A stretch of DNA of 64,000 nt. It comes from an uncultured Chthonomonadaceae bacterium. Its GTDB lineage: Bacteria; Armatimonadota; Chthonomonadetes; Chthonomonadales; Chthonomonadaceae. A program made the translations under genes and the position numbers. Below are positions 1 to 10,327 of the stretch, in pieces. Within the stretch, counting starts at the first letter, position 1. Every line of letters begins with the position of its first letter. A model generated the notes under the pieces. It had not been told where the DNA came from. It saw nothing but the letters and a program-made list of their open reading frames with translations, and did not search any database. The stretch lies in assembly GCA_963817895.1 (NCBI GenBank), contig CAWFQB010000005.1, positions 608,001-672,000 on the forward strand, given 5' to 3'.

Positions 1-578
1 GCGAGGAGGGACAACGCCCCTGGTGGCAAACATTCCGCTGTCAGCAGATACGCGCCCGCGAAGACAAAACCATCGCCACGCTCACCCTCACCGGCGCGAT
101 TGGAAACGCCTGCCGCGCGGAAATCACGCTCGAATCCCGTCCCGATACCGGCGTTATCAACGGCAGGGCGCGGCTCACGGCTCTCCGCAGCCTGCGCCTG
201 TCGGGAATACAACTGCCCGCCCTGCTCACGGCTTCCGACGACAAGACCCTGCCTGTTCCCCGCGCCGATGGTTCGCCGTCCCTCCTGCCCGATCCGCCCC
301 CCGCCCTGATACCCGACGAGGCGCGAATTGCCGCCGCCCACAACGGCGCGGCCACCTTCGGGATCGCTTGGCCCGCCGCTCCGCCCTTCCCCGGCTGGAA
401 ATGGAACCGCCTGCCGCTTGCCGATGGACTGGTCACGTCCGTTCTCGGTGTTCAGGCGACGGGCGAGGTTGGGGGCGATACGCTTTCCGCCGGTTCCGGT
501 ATCGAAATACCCTTTCGCTGGTTCGCCTTCGCGCCAAGCGATACCGTCCGCGACGCCGAGCGATTTCAAATGCCATAG
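1..578 (+). CDS. Hypothetical protein, 3' part only (runs off window start, one apparent frameshift near 305)
   Basis: Frame 3 reads EEGQRPWWQTFRC...LLPDPP and continues after a shift as LIPDEARIAAAH...AERFQMP-TAG(578); same strand as downstream ispE. Confidence 0.5.
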   Translation, partial: EEGQRPWWQTFRCQQIRAREDKTIATLTLTGAIGNACRAEITLESRPDTGVINGRARLTALRSLRLSGIQLPALLTASDDKTLPVPRADGSPSLLPDPPPALIPDEARIAAAHNGAATFGIAWPAAPPFPGWKWNRLPLADGLVTSVLGVQATGEVGGDTLSAGSGIEIPFRWFAFAPSDTVRDAERFQMP

Positions 579-678
579 AAAACATTAGCCGCGAATGAAC
601 GCGAATGAACGCGAATTATTAAGGATGAAGCCTTGCGCGCGGATTTCCGCGCAGGGTGCAATGAACTCCCACTCCGTT

Positions 679-1617
679 ATGACGAACGCAACTTTAATTC
701 TTAACGCCTACGCGAAAATCAATCTCACGCTGGATGTGTTCAGCAAGCGGGCGGACGGCTACCATGACATTGCCAGCGTGATGCAGACCATTTCGCTGCA
801 TGACACGCTGCATTTCACCCGCCGCGCTGAACCTGGCATCATATTCACCTGTGACGCGCCCGATGCGCCCGATGTGCCGACCGACGCCACCAATCTCGTC
901 GTCCGCGCCGCCCAACTCGTCATCAACGCGGCGCAGGCAAACGGCCATGCAATTGAGGGCGGCATGGAAATCCATCTGGAAAAGCGCATTCCCTCGCAGG
1001 CCGGATTGGGCGGGGGAAGCAGCGACGCCGCCACAACCCTGCGCGGCGTCCCAACGGTTCTCGGCCTTGCCGATGCCGATTTGCCGCCCGATACTTTGCA
1101 TACATTGGCCGCGCAATTGGGTTCCGACGTGCCGTTTTTCCTGATGGGCGGCACGGCGGCGGCACGGGGCAGGGGCGAAAAACTGAGCGCGTTACCCGAC
1201 GGCCCTCCGCTGCCCCTTGTCATTGTCAAGCCTGACGAAAGCGTTTCCACAGGATGGGCGTACAACGCGCTCGATGATGCTCCCGACCGCAAATCGCACC
1301 GCGCCACCAAACGCATGGAAGAAGCCCTGCGCGGCAATGACCATGACCGCGTCGTGGCCTTCCAGAGCAACGATTTTGAACTGCCCATTTTCCAGCAGTA
1401 TCCCAAACTCGCGTGGCTGCACGACGACCTGATGATGGCCGGCTGTCAGATCGCCCGTTTATGCGGCAGCGGTTCCGCCCTGTACGGCGTTGCCGCCAAT
1501 ACGAAAGAGGCCGAGCGCATCGCCACCCTGCTGCGCAAAAAGTACCCGCGCGCCCACGCCGCCCATGCCATCCCGCGCGCCCGCGCCATTTCTCAACCTG
1601 CGGAGGTTACAGTATGA
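679..1617 (+). CDS. ispE: 4-diphosphocytidyl-2-C-methyl-D-erythritol kinase
   Basis: AYAKINLTLDV...RADGYHDIASVMQTISLHD, KRIPSQAGLGGGSSDAA and LGSDVPFF GHMP-kinase motifs; ATG at 679 preferred over 595. Confidence 0.95.
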   Translation: MTNATLILNAYAKINLTLDVFSKRADGYHDIASVMQTISLHDTLHFTRRAEPGIIFTCDAPDAPDVPTDATNLVVRAAQLVINAAQANGHAIEGGMEIHLEKRIPSQAGLGGGSSDAATTLRGVPTVLGLADADLPPDTLHTLAAQLGSDVPFFLMGGTAAARGRGEKLSALPDGPPLPLVIVKPDESVSTGWAYNALDDAPDRKSHRATKRMEEALRGNDHDRVVAFQSNDFELPIFQQYPKLAWLHDDLMMAGCQIARLCGSGSALYGVAANTKEAERIATLLRKKYPRAHAAHAIPRARAISQPAEVTV

Positions 1618-2462
1618 TAGACAAGGAGCAGATACGAGATACGAGATACGAGATACGAGAAGGAGAGGCTTCATCCCTCATCCTTCATCCTTCATCCTTG
1701 CCTTCCATCATTCTCGCCGGGGGCAAGGCCAAGCCGGACATGCAGGCGCTCACGGGGCAGAGCAACCGCGCGCTTGTCACCATCAACGGCAAGACCATGC
1801 TGCGGCATATCGTGGACGCGCTGCTTACGGCGGGCGCAGATGGACAGCCGCTCGGCCCGCTTGCCGTTGTCGGCGATGTGCCTTCGGACGAGAGTTATAT
1901 CGGCGTGCCGGACGCGGGCAATTTTGTCGCCAACGTGTTCGCCGGATTGTCGCAATTTGCCGACGCGCCCTACGTGCTGATCGCCACTTCGGATTTGCCG
2001 TTTTTGACGGGCCGGGTCGCCGGGAATTTCGCGCGGGACGGATTGGCTCACGCGCAGGCGCATGACAGCGACATCGTATGGCCGATTGTACCCGTCCACG
2101 CCTGCTATGAACGCTTCCCCGGCGTAAAGCGCACCGCCCTCAAACTGCGCGAAGGGGAATTTACCGGCGGCAATCTCGCCATTGTGCGCCCCGGTTTTCT
2201 GTTCACGCATGAGCGCCGCATCGCCGCCGCGTTTGCCGCCCGCAAAAGCCCCCTGAAACTCGCCGGTATGCTCGGCTTCGGCACTGTCGGGCGACTCGTC
2301 CTATCACAGAAACTGCATCCCAACCTGCTCACGATTCCGCTTCTGGAAGCCCGCGTCGGACGGCTGCTCGGCGGCAAAGCCAGCGCGTACATCTCGCAGG
2401 ACCCGGAACTCGCCACCGATTTAGATCGCCCCTCCGACTTCAAGGCCGTGGCGATTGGGTAG
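1614..2462 (+). CDS. MobA-like NTP transferase family protein
   Basis: IILAGG...NRALVTINGKTMLRHIVDAL, SDLPFL and DLDRPSD motifs; ATGA overlap with ispE stop; N-terminus carries heptamer repeats. Confidence 0.8.
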   Translation: MIDKEQIRDTRYEIREGEASSLILHPSSLPSIILAGGKAKPDMQALTGQSNRALVTINGKTMLRHIVDALLTAGADGQPLGPLAVVGDVPSDESYIGVPDAGNFVANVFAGLSQFADAPYVLIATSDLPFLTGRVAGNFARDGLAHAQAHDSDIVWPIVPVHACYERFPGVKRTALKLREGEFTGGNLAIVRPGFLFTHERRIAAAFAARKSPLKLAGMLGFGTVGRLVLSQKLHPNLLTIPLLEARVGRLLGGKASAYISQDPELATDLDRPSDFKAVAIG

Positions 2463-2576
2463 TGATTGGTGATTGATGACTGGTGACTGGTGGCTGGTTT
2501 CCTCATAGCCTCCTTCCATAAGTCTACTGGTTTCACCTGACTTATGAAAGGGGTCCAATGAAGCGGGGGTGGAGTT

Positions 2577-4235
2577 ATGCCGGGTTCGTCTCGCGAATAT
2601 ACGCTTGTCGCGTTGCAGCGGTTTTTGACAACGCCGCTGGAACCGCTGCTTGCGCGGTATGCGCCGCTCAATGTCAAACACAACTATCTGTTCGACAGCG
2701 ACCTTCCGCGCTTCGCCGCCGAACGCGCCGTCGGGCTGTTTCATCTGGTGGCAGAACATGTTCCGGCCTATCGCGCTTTTCTCCACGAGCAGAACATTTC
2801 GCCGTCTGACATCAAAACACTTGCCGATTTCGAGCAGTTGCCACCGCTTGCCAAAGACAACTACCTGCGCAAATATCCTCTGCCTGATTTGTGCCGCAAG
2901 GGACAACTGGAAGCCTGCGACATGATTGCCGTATCGTCGGGTTCCACAGGAACGCCCTGCTTCTGGCCCCGATTCGTCACCGATGAACTGCAAATCGCGT
3001 GGCGGTTCGAGCAGATTTTCCATGACAGTTTTCGCGCCGATGAGCGCAAAACCCTCGCGGTTATCTGCTTTGCATTGGGAACATGGGTGGGCGGCATGTA
3101 TACCGCGTCCTGTTGCCGCCATCTGGCCGCCAAAGGCTACCCCATTACCACAATCACCCCCGGCAACAACAAAGACGAGATTTTGCGCGTGGTGCAGGAG
3201 TTGGGCGGGTTTTACGAACAGGTTGTCTTGTGCGGCTACCCTCCGTTCCTCAAAGATGTGGTGGATACCGGAGTGGCGCGGGGCGTGGATTGGCCGCGCT
3301 ATCAGCTCAAGATGGTCATGGCGGGCGAAGTGTTCAGCGAGGAGTGGCGCGATCTCGTTGGCAGCCGCGTCGGTTCCGCCAACCCCTGCTACGACTCAGC
3401 TTCGCTTTACGGCACGGCGGACGCGGGCGTGTTGGGCAACGAAACCCCGCTTTCCATCTGCATCCGCCGCTTCCTGTCCGCCCATCCTCCCATCGCCCGC
3501 GCCCTGTTCGGCGAATCGCGCCTCCCCACCCTCGTGCAATACGATCCTTGCAGCCGCTATTTTGAAGTGTCACCATCATCTTATATTCCTGCTGTTGCTG
3601 AAGCTGCCCAACCTGATGCCTCCCCTTCTCCCAGGCTTTTTTGGGAGAAGGGGTTGGGGGATGAGGGCTACCCTCCTATCTTGCGTGGTCAACTTCTGTT
3701 TTCCGGCGACAACGGCATTCCGCTAATTCGTTACAACATTCTGGATCAGGGCGGCATTGTATCCTATGCGGACATGCTGGCGTTTTTGCGCGGGCATGGC
3801 TTCGATCCCCTCACCGCCCTTGCGGATCAAGAGCGGGGCGCGCGTCCCCTGCCGTTCGTGTTCGTGTTCGGGCGCAGCGACTTTACCGTTTCCTACTTCG
3901 GCGCGAACATCTACCCCGAAAACATTACGGTTGGATTGGAACAGCCCGAAATTGCTTCTCAGGTGACGGGCAAATTCGTGCTGCAAGTGGTGGAAGACGC
4001 GGACCGCAATCGCCGCCTGTCCGTCGTCGTGGAACTGGCTCCCGATATGGAAGACAAAGACATGTTGCGCGATTTGATTGCCGCTTCCCTGCGTTCTCAC
4101 CTGCTGCGCTTGAACAGCGAATTCGCCAACTATGTTCCCGTCTCTTACCAAACGCCCGACATTGCCCTGATGCCGCATGGCGACCCCGCGTACTTTCCCC
4201 TCGGCGTCAAGCACCGTTACACGCGCCAAAACTAG
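2577..4235 (+). CDS. Phenylacetate-CoA ligase (PaaK-like) family adenylate-forming enzyme
   Basis: SSGSTGTP P-loop, YGTADAG, PLIRYNILD and FGRSD motifs; intact 552-aa ORF. Confidence 0.85.
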   Translation: MPGSSREYTLVALQRFLTTPLEPLLARYAPLNVKHNYLFDSDLPRFAAERAVGLFHLVAEHVPAYRAFLHEQNISPSDIKTLADFEQLPPLAKDNYLRKYPLPDLCRKGQLEACDMIAVSSGSTGTPCFWPRFVTDELQIAWRFEQIFHDSFRADERKTLAVICFALGTWVGGMYTASCCRHLAAKGYPITTITPGNNKDEILRVVQELGGFYEQVVLCGYPPFLKDVVDTGVARGVDWPRYQLKMVMAGEVFSEEWRDLVGSRVGSANPCYDSASLYGTADAGVLGNETPLSICIRRFLSAHPPIARALFGESRLPTLVQYDPCSRYFEVSPSSYIPAVAEAAQPDASPSPRLFWEKGLGDEGYPPILRGQLLFSGDNGIPLIRYNILDQGGIVSYADMLAFLRGHGFDPLTALADQERGARPLPFVFVFGRSDFTVSYFGANIYPENITVGLEQPEIASQVTGKFVLQVVEDADRNRRLSVVVELAPDMEDKDMLRDLIAASLRSHLLRLNSEFANYVPVSYQTPDIALMPHGDPAYFPLGVKHRYTRQN

Positions 4236-4257
4236 GCCCTCTAGCTCAATCTCAATC

Positions 4258-4345
4258 AACTTTACGTACAACATGCTTGCGCCTGAAAATTTGTATGACA
4301 AATTTCCTCGAACCTATTGACTATTCTCACAGCCTGTGTTAAAAT
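4258..4345 (+). promoter_or_regulatory. Sigma70-type promoter with upstream palindromic GntR-type operator(s)
   Basis: TTGACT(4317-4322)-17 bp-TAAAAT(4340-4345) with extended TG; palindrome AAATTTGT-ATG-ACAAATTT at 4287-4305; related half-site TTTACGTACAA at 4261-4271. Confidence 0.65.
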
Positions 4346-4475
4346 TCATCCATAAGTTGCGTTTCTGATGCGATACCATGCGCAAAGGCAGCAACATCTA
4401 ACATTTTTGCCGCTTATTCTGGCGAACTCGAAAAGTGTAATTTACTTTTGCCCTGATTTTCCGTGAGGTCATCCT

Positions 4476-5650
4476 TTGGGTTCCACTCCTGCCTACATAC
4501 GCATCGCGGAACAGATCAAGACGGAGTGCCTGCAAAGCCGCGAGGTTGGCGCAGGCCAAAAACTGCCCACACAGGAGGAGTTGACTGCGCGTTTCGGCGT
4601 CAGTCGTTCCACCATTATTCGCGCGCTTTCCAAACTGATGGCGGAGGGGTATATCCACTCGCAGCAGGGCAGCGGCGTGTACGCAGCCGATTTGCCCCCG
4701 CGCGAAAGTGAAACGCGGCGTATCGGAATCATCGTTCCCAATCTTCACGCTACGGTTATCATGGCGGCCTGTCGGGGCGTGGAGCGGCGGGCGCGGCAAC
4801 AGGGCTATCAGGTGCTATTGGGGAGTTCGGAATTCGGGATCGCGCATGAGCAGGAACTGGTGGAGCAGCAGGCGCGGGCCGGGGTGGCGGGCATCGTCCT
4901 GTATCCCGTCACGCGGACGCGGGAGCAACTGGAACACGACTACCTGAAACAGTGGCCCCCATCCACGCCGCTTGTCGCGCTGGACATTGGCTGCGAAGAG
5001 TGGGCCTGTTCGCGGGTTCAGTTCGATAACTACCATCTGGGCTATGACATGACGCAGCATCTCATCCGGCACAAGCATCGTCAAATCGCGTTCATGCACA
5101 TACAGCCCGACTACCTCCATACTTCCATTCTGGATCGTGAAAAAGGCTGGCTGGCAGCCATGCGCGAAGCGGATTTGGAAATACCGGAAAGCTACCATGA
5201 CGCAGCCTGTTCCCAAAACGCGCGGTTTTGTCCTGCCCACGCCCAAATTCGCGCCCACCCATGCCGATTACGCTTCCTTTGTCGCGGATTTGTTGCAAAT
5301 GCGCCCGCGCCCGGACGCGCTGATCGCGTGGAATGATGTCGTGGCCGCGCACATCACGCAGGCGCTGAACAACAGCGGCGTTAAAGTGCCGGATGATTTG
5401 CGCGTCACCGGCTTTGACAACGACCCGCATCGTGACGCGCCTGTTCCGGCCTTTATTCCCTACTTCAAAGCCGGATTTCGCGCGGTTAGGGGAGTTGGCC
5501 GTAGACACGCTTATTGATCTTGCCGCGCAACGCTGGTCCGGCCCGCGCATCTACTATCACTCGGTTCCCGCCCTATGGCGCGAACCACACGCGAGTCTAT
5601 CGTCTGAAGCCCTTGCGCCCGCGTGGGATGAACTCGACAGCGCAATTTAG
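4476..5650 (+). CDS. GntR HTH + LacI-type sugar-binding transcriptional regulator (AraR-like), frameshifted
   Basis: KLPTQEELTARFGVSRSTIIRAL...QGSGVY, then periplasmic-binding fold VPDDLRVTGFDN; continues over frames 4476, 5137 and 5393 to TAG 5650. Confidence 0.85.
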
Positions 5651-5749
5651 GAGATACGAGATACGAGATACAAGAAATTTATGGCGCAGAATACGCCATC
5701 TTTATTCGTTTAACACAAACTCGTATCTCGTATCTCGTATCTCGTATCT
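5651..5749. repeat. Heptamer tandem-repeat palindrome (GAGATAC)n...(GTATCTC)n
   Basis: Left arm about 5651-5672, right arm about 5720-5749, immediately after the regulator stop codon. Confidence 0.9.
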
Positions 5750-5866
5750 TCCTCATAGGAGGTGATGTTCGTTTCGTCGGTCTCTGAATTGCCTGTTTGC
5801 TCAATGCAGAGTGTCCATGCGTGAAAGGATGTTCCCCGGAACGCTCTTCACAACAAGGAGGTCATT

Positions 5867-6682
5867 ATGAATCGTAAAGGTTTTACCCTGATTGAATTGC
5901 TCGTCGTCATCGCCATTATCGCTATCCTCGCGGCTATTTTGTTCCCCGTCTTTGCGCAGGCGCGCGAAAAAGCGCGGGGCATCAGTTGCCTGTCCAACAC
6001 CAAGCAGATCGGGTTGGGAATTTTGATGTACGGGCAGGACTATGACGAACGCTTTCCCAGCGGCGTTCTACCCACCTCCGGCCCCGGCTTCAACGGCATC
6101 GGCTGGGCCGGGCAGACCTACGCCTACATCAAGAACGCCCAACTTTTCAAGTGTCCCAACGACCCCAATGACCCCACAACCGTCAATAATGTGGTCGTAG
6201 TTCCGGTCTCCTACGCCATCAGCTATCGTCCGCTCTTCTATCCCATCGCCTCGCTGCAAACGCCGGCAGACACCATTCTCGCGACAGAGGTATGGGGCGC
6301 GCTTACGGATGTTACCGACCCGCTGGAAACCAATTCCGTTCGCCGCTCCGCCTGTGACCTGAGCGACAACATCGTCTGGACTTCGCCGCCACAACGCACA
6401 TTCCAGTGCTGCACGTTTCCCACCAATCAGGTCTACTACGCGACGGGAGCCTTGCCCGCCGATCAGCCCTGGCCGTATGGCGGCACGCACTACGGTTCTT
6501 CCACGCTCAAGCCCGCCCACTCCGGCACAGGCTCAAACTACACGCTTGCGGACGGTCACTCGAAATTTGTTCAACCAACGCGCGTCGCCAACCGCTTCAT
6601 CAACCACAACGGCACCAACATCATTGACGGCAAGAAGTACCCTCAGTACCAAATCTACTATAACCCGGATACGGACGGCTAA
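5867..6682 (+). CDS. Prepilin-type N-terminal cleavage/methylation domain protein (DUF1559, H-X9-DG type)
   Basis: [34 protein letters not shown]...CLSN.KQIGL; C-terminal [24 protein letters not shown]. Confidence 0.95.
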   Translation: MNRKGFTLIELLVVIAIIAILAAILFPVFAQAREKARGISCLSNTKQIGLGILMYGQDYDERFPSGVLPTSGPGFNGIGWAGQTYAYIKNAQLFKCPNDPNDPTTVNNVVVVPVSYAISYRPLFYPIASLQTPADTILATEVWGALTDVTDPLETNSVRRSACDLSDNIVWTSPPQRTFQCCTFPTNQVYYATGALPADQPWPYGGTHYGSSTLKPAHSGTGSNYTLADGHSKFVQPTRVANRFINHNGTNIIDGKKYPQYQIYYNPDTDG

Positions 6683-6695
6683 AGGAGACACAGAC

Positions 6696-6935
6696 ATGCC
6701 AAAATACACGATTCTGCTGTGCCTCGCCGCGCTGTCGCTCGGACTCGCCGGATGCGGTAAAAGTTCGGAAACAAAAGACATTGGGGACACGAAAACACGA
6801 GAAGCCGAAAGCAAAACCAAATTGATGGACGCTTTCAACAACGATCCCAACTATAAAGCGCGGAGCGGCACCTCGAATGCTGGCCCTTCTCCCCACATGA
6901 CTCCTCCCGGTTATTCAACGGGCGGCGCTCACTGA
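6696..6935 (+). CDS. Small lipoprotein
   Basis: AAGGAG RBS; MPKYTILLCLAALSLGLAGC lipobox; 79 aa, directly after the DUF1559 gene. Confidence 0.75.
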   Translation: MPKYTILLCLAALSLGLAGCGKSSETKDIGDTKTREAESKTKLMDAFNNDPNYKARSGTSNAGPSPHMTPPGYSTGGAH

Positions 6936-7231
6936 CAGGCCCATCGTTCTCTTGCAGGTGTGGATGACACTCCGCATCAGAAAACAAGCGTACTGCAAAC
7001 GTGGTATTGCGCAAAGTTGAAGCCCTTCGTTCGTTAATCTGCAAATCAGGCCGTACCCCTCAAAGTTTACTACTGGCGGCGCGGCCTGATGTGGCTGTTC
7101 TGTGTACTTGTTGTACAGCCTGTCCTTCTCAACTCCCTAAAACCAAAACCATTCCCATATCGTCAAAGAAGATGCTTGCAACACAAACGACGAGACAATG
7201 AAGCGCAACAGGGCAGGACAGGAAAAAACGG

Positions 7232-9193
7232 ATGCCGGAACCCGCAGACAATCGAATGCCGACGCGCTTTGAATCGGCAGTGTTTCAGGCCAAAGCGTTC
7301 GGCTTGCAGATGCGGCGCGGCTTGCAGGACCAGAGTGAGGGCGTCGCGTCTTTTCCGCGCCTGCCCACAGCAGATATTGTTTCCAATTACCCGGTTGTGT
7401 TTGCCGAATCACGGACGCCTTTGTACACGGAAGCCCATCCTGCCGAACAAAGACTTCAATTGGGCAAGGTACAGAATCTGCGATGCGCTGTTCGCAGGCT
7501 TAACGGCATGGCGTTGCCGGCAGGGGAAACGTTCAGTTTCTGGAAGCAGATTGGGCGCGCGACACGCGGGCGCGGCTATGTGGCGGGGCGTCAACTGCGC
7601 GAAGGCTGTCTGTTTCCGGCTATCGGCGGCGGCTTGTGCCAGCTTTCCAATGCGCTATATGACCTTGCGTTGAAAGCGAACGGCACAATAGTAGAGCGTC
7701 ATCCACACACGCGCATTGTGCCGGGGTCTGCGGCAGAACAGGGACGCGATGCCGCTGTCGCGTGGAACTACATTGATCTGCGTTTTCAATTTGATACACC
7801 TGTCTGTCTCGAAGCGATCTTAACCCGTGACGAATTGGTGCTGCGGTTGCGGGCTGTTGAGGATGGGGACAGAAAAGGAGAAGAGGAGAAAAGGAGAAAA
7901 GGAGAAAAAACCGTTTCTGCTTTCTCCGCCTACGCACCCGATCCCACAACAGCGAATTTTGTTCCTCTCTCGACTTTAACAACGGTTCGCCCGCGTCTTA
8001 CGGTAGAGGAGCATAGCTGCCTGACGTGTGGCGCGTCCGGGTGTTTTCGGCACAATTCCGATGAGGTAAAAGCCCTGCGCAATGCTGCCCACGTTGGCGC
8101 ATCGGCAGGGGCGCATCGCCTACCTCGCGCATGAAACGATGCCGGAACTGGCCGCGTATGTTGAGGAACAGCGTACCGCAAACGACGTGCTGATGCTGCC
8201 GCTGGACGGCGAACGCTGGAACAAGCCGCGCTACGCATGGAATACAAACAGGCTATGCGTCCATCGTCACCGCAACCGTTCCCACCCTGCTGCGGGCGTA
8301 TCGTTCCCGTTCGCTCGGCACGGATGGCCCTGCTCGACGACAGGCGCAATTGGCCGGGGCCGCGCAGTTGGCCGCGTATTATGCCAAGCGTATTCCGTGG
8401 GACGTGTCGCATATCGTGGTCGCGCAATCCCTGCTGCCGCTATTTATGGCGTGACGGGCATCTTGGCGGGCGGACGTTCGATGTGCTGATGCGCGGTTTA
8501 CCCATGCAAACATTGCAGGCGCGATTAGATGCCGCGTTTGCCGCCCACCCGGAACGAACGCTGCTGCGCGATTTTCGCGCCAATGAGTTGTTAGTGCAGC
8601 AGGAATGGGAAGCGTTGCAGGCGGCACGGCATATCGTTACGCCCCATGCCGACATTGCCGCGCTGTTTCCCGATCAGGCAACCCGGCTTCAGTGGCAGAT
8701 ACCGGTAATAACGGCAAACTCATCTGTGGCTGCAAACACGACTGTTGCCGTTCGAGGCGCGATTGCGTTTCCCGGCCCGACCCATGCCCGCAAGGGCGCG
8801 TATGAACTGCGCAATGTCGCCCGCGCCCTGAATCTGGAAGTGGTTTTACTGGTCAGTGAACTGGAGGGCGCGGATTTCTGGCAGGGCGTGACAACAAGGC
8901 GCGTGGATGCCCGTTCGGGAACCGATTGGCTGGAAGGCGTTTCGGTTGTCGCGCAACCCGCCCTTGTGGAAGAGACACCGCGCCGACTGCTGGAAGCGAT
9001 TGGGACGCGGCGTTCCCGTTATTGCCACGTCTGCCTGCGGTTTAGGAATTTGACCGGCGTGACAACCATTCCAGCCGGCAATGAGGACGCCCTTCGCGAC
9101 GCCATCATTCAAATTTGTTCCTACTCGCAGCCTGTACAAAAGTTGAGAGAACCACTTGTCCCTGTCCGTGACAATCTCCACGTACCAACATAG
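7232..9193 (+). CDS. VanW family protein with C-terminal glycosyltransferase-like region, frameshifted
   Basis: GETFSFWKQIG...GGGLCQLSNALY...ERHPH...DAAVAWNYIDLRF (VanW); continues through frames at 8082 and 8237 with HARKGAYEL and ALVEETPRRLLEA. Confidence 0.7.
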
Positions 9194-10120
9194 CGACTTT
9201 ATGCCGCTCATCGGCCTGCTGATGGAAGCCCTGCCGCATGAGGCCATGTCGCCGGAACTGTTCGCCCGCAAAGTTCTGCTCGACCCAAATTTCGACCCAA
9301 ACGGCGCGTTTGTAGCGCGTGGCCCCAACGGACTGGTCGGTTTTCTGCTGGCAATCACGCGCAAACGGCCTCTGGAAGACGGGCCAATCGGATACGGAAC
9401 GCGGCTGGATTACCCTGTTGGCGGTTACGCCCGCCGCGCAGAAACACGGAATCGGAACCGCGCTTCTCCATGCGGCGGAAACATGGCTGCGGCAACAGGG
9501 GCGAACCGAAGTCTGGGTTTCGCCCTACGCCCCGAACTACTGGACTCCCGGCGTGGATGAAAACGCTTGCCCACACGCCCTAGCTTTCCTCCAAAAACGC
9601 GGCTACGCGACCGCCTACCGCCCGCTGAGTATGGACGTGTCCCTTGCCGTCTGGCAGCCGCCCGCGTGGATCAATCAGCGCATGGCCGAAATGAGCCGCC
9701 AGAGATCTCGCCCTGAGTTACTTCTTCCCCGCCCACGCCGCGCAGGTGACGGACTTTCTACGCGCGGAATTTCCCGGTGACTGGCAGCGCTACGTCCGCG
9801 AAACAATGCTCGACATCACCACCGGCAAACGCCCTAAAGAGGAACTGCGCCTGCTGTTTGCCGGAGGACGCGCTGCCGGGAACGTGATCGGTTTCGCGCA
9901 ATCCGAAGGCGAACGTTTCGGCCCGTTCGGAGTTGCCCGCGACTGGCGCGGCAAAGGCCTAGGCGCGGCTCTGCTCTACGAAACGCTGGATGGGATGCGG
10001 CGGCGCGGCCTGCACAACGCCTGGTTCCTCTGGACGGACGACCGCACCGCCGAACGCCTGTACAAACCCGCCGGCTTCCGCGAAACCCGCCGCTATTCCG
10101 TGTTGAGAAAAACGTTGTAA
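9156..10120 (+). CDS. Tandem GNAT acetyltransferase, frameshifted
   Basis: Two acetyl-CoA motifs, LAVTPAAQKHGIGTALL and FGVARDWRGKGLGAALL...LYKPAGF, spread over three frames. Confidence 0.8.
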
Positions 10121-10295
10121 ACCGCGAAGGAACGAAGGGAGCAAAGAGAGGAATAAAAAGCATTCACCACGGATGAAACAGATAAACGCGGATCAAGCCA
10201 GAAACAGCCTCTTTATCCGTGTCAATCCGCATAATCCGTTACCTCCGTGGTAGGTTGTTGCCTCTTTTCTTTGCTGCCTTTGCGTCTTTGCGGTT
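10120..10295. repeat. Nested 9-mer repeat palindromes (AACCGC...GCGGTT enclosing CACCACGG...CCGTGGT)
   Basis: Outer arms 10120-10147 and 10268-10295; inner arms 10165-10193 and 10215-10251. Confidence 0.8.
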
Positions 10296-10327
10296 CAATT
10301 TCCGAATTGGTTCATCAGGAGAAATCT

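Noticed and set aside
595..678. N-terminal extension of IspE (MNANERE...)
   Set aside because: Derived from the GCGAATGAAC repeat arm; family similarity begins near 679
4236..4250. GCCCTCTAGCTCAAT resembles a tRNA 5' end
   Set aside because: No D-arm completion, anticodon arm or TTCGA T-loop follows
5651..5749. Short tandem repeats as a CRISPR array
   Set aside because: Units are 7-10 bp and contiguous with no unique spacers; no cas genes in the window
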